From Eledone cirrhosa (lineage: Eukaryota), in contig OZ024740.1 of the NCBI GenBank assembly GCA_964016885.1, positions 297,104,001 through 297,168,000 of the forward strand: a DNA stretch of 64,000 bases, read 5' to 3'. Below are positions 63,246 through 64,000 of this stretch, in pieces. The first letter of the stretch is position 1. Every line of letters begins with the position of its first letter. A program made the translations under genes and the position numbers. The notes under the pieces were generated by a model. The model was not told the DNA's origin. It searched no databases and was given only the letters and a program-made list of their open reading frames with translations.

Positions 63246-63406
63246 ATATATATATATAAAGAGAAATGTATATCTATGTAAACAGACACATATATGCACA
63301 CACAATTCTTTGTACATTTCTATTTTAACCCCATATAAAGTATTATACATGGGTGCATGTGTTTGAACATTTGTCTATGCTTACACACGCACACACACGT
63401 GTACGT

Positions 63407-63465
<59 letters not shown>

Positions 63466-64000
63466 GGCGCATGGCTTACTGGTTAGAGAGGTTGGCTTAT
63501 GATCAAAAGCTCGTGCGTTTGAATCCTGGCAGTGCGTTGAGTCCTTGAGAAAGACACATTATTTCACGTTGGCAAAATGAGTTCTACCTGTCATTCAAAG
63601 AAACAGCTTTGTTACCTATTATCTCATGCTGAATCTTCCTGAGAACTAAATTAAGGATAAATGTGTCTGTAGAAGCCAGAGCCATTTGTATGTTCATTTT
63701 ACGAGCAGACTATTCCGTTGATAATACCAACTACCAACTAGAACACTCGTCTTCGGAAACGACGGAGGGCCAACACGTGTATATGTGTGTGTGTGTCTGT
63801 GTTGTGTTTCTGCGCACGTGTAGTGTATGTGTGTGTGTATGAGTGTATGTTTGTGTGTTTCCGATTGAAAACACAAATAACAAATATCTTCATTTTTCTT
63901 TTCAGAAAAATAATGTAAAGAACAAAGCTCTGTAGAAATAAGTTAACTACTATGATCACGTGATACTAATTTACTTTGAAATTTGTCAATGTGTTTTGTT

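Overview
AT-rich, microsatellite-dense animal DNA, almost certainly a coleoid cephalopod (octopus-like; inferred from the genes and SINEs). There are two minus-strand S-crystallin (sigma-class GST-derived lens protein) genes in tandem. Gene B is complete: six coding exons over 20070-40704, 253 aa, including a phase 0-0 exon 4 that encodes a 48-aa Ser/Met-rich long-loop insert. Gene A is represented only by its promoter and exon 1 (2510-2642) and runs off the window start. Both promoters have an AP-1(-like) site 17-18 bp upstream of a TATA box. The rest is a mosaic of tRNA-derived SINEs, decayed RTE, CRE-like, L1/Tx1 and Penelope-like retroelements, mariner/pogo/hAT remnants, a 17-bp minisatellite and simple repeats. 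Most supplied ORFs are microsatellite artefacts. The most striking non-coding signal is a set of short (TA)n-anchored tandem or fold-back elements carrying minimal type I hammerhead ribozyme motifs. The best example is a 310-bp unit repeated about 4.4 times in both orientations at 48950-50320, where complete copies carry an intact hammerhead, as in a retrozyme or Penelope pseudo-LTR array. A second family (59946-60010, 62304-62369, 62528-62593) shows structure-preserving variation. All structures were read by eye; repeat boundaries are approximate and family names are not database-verified.
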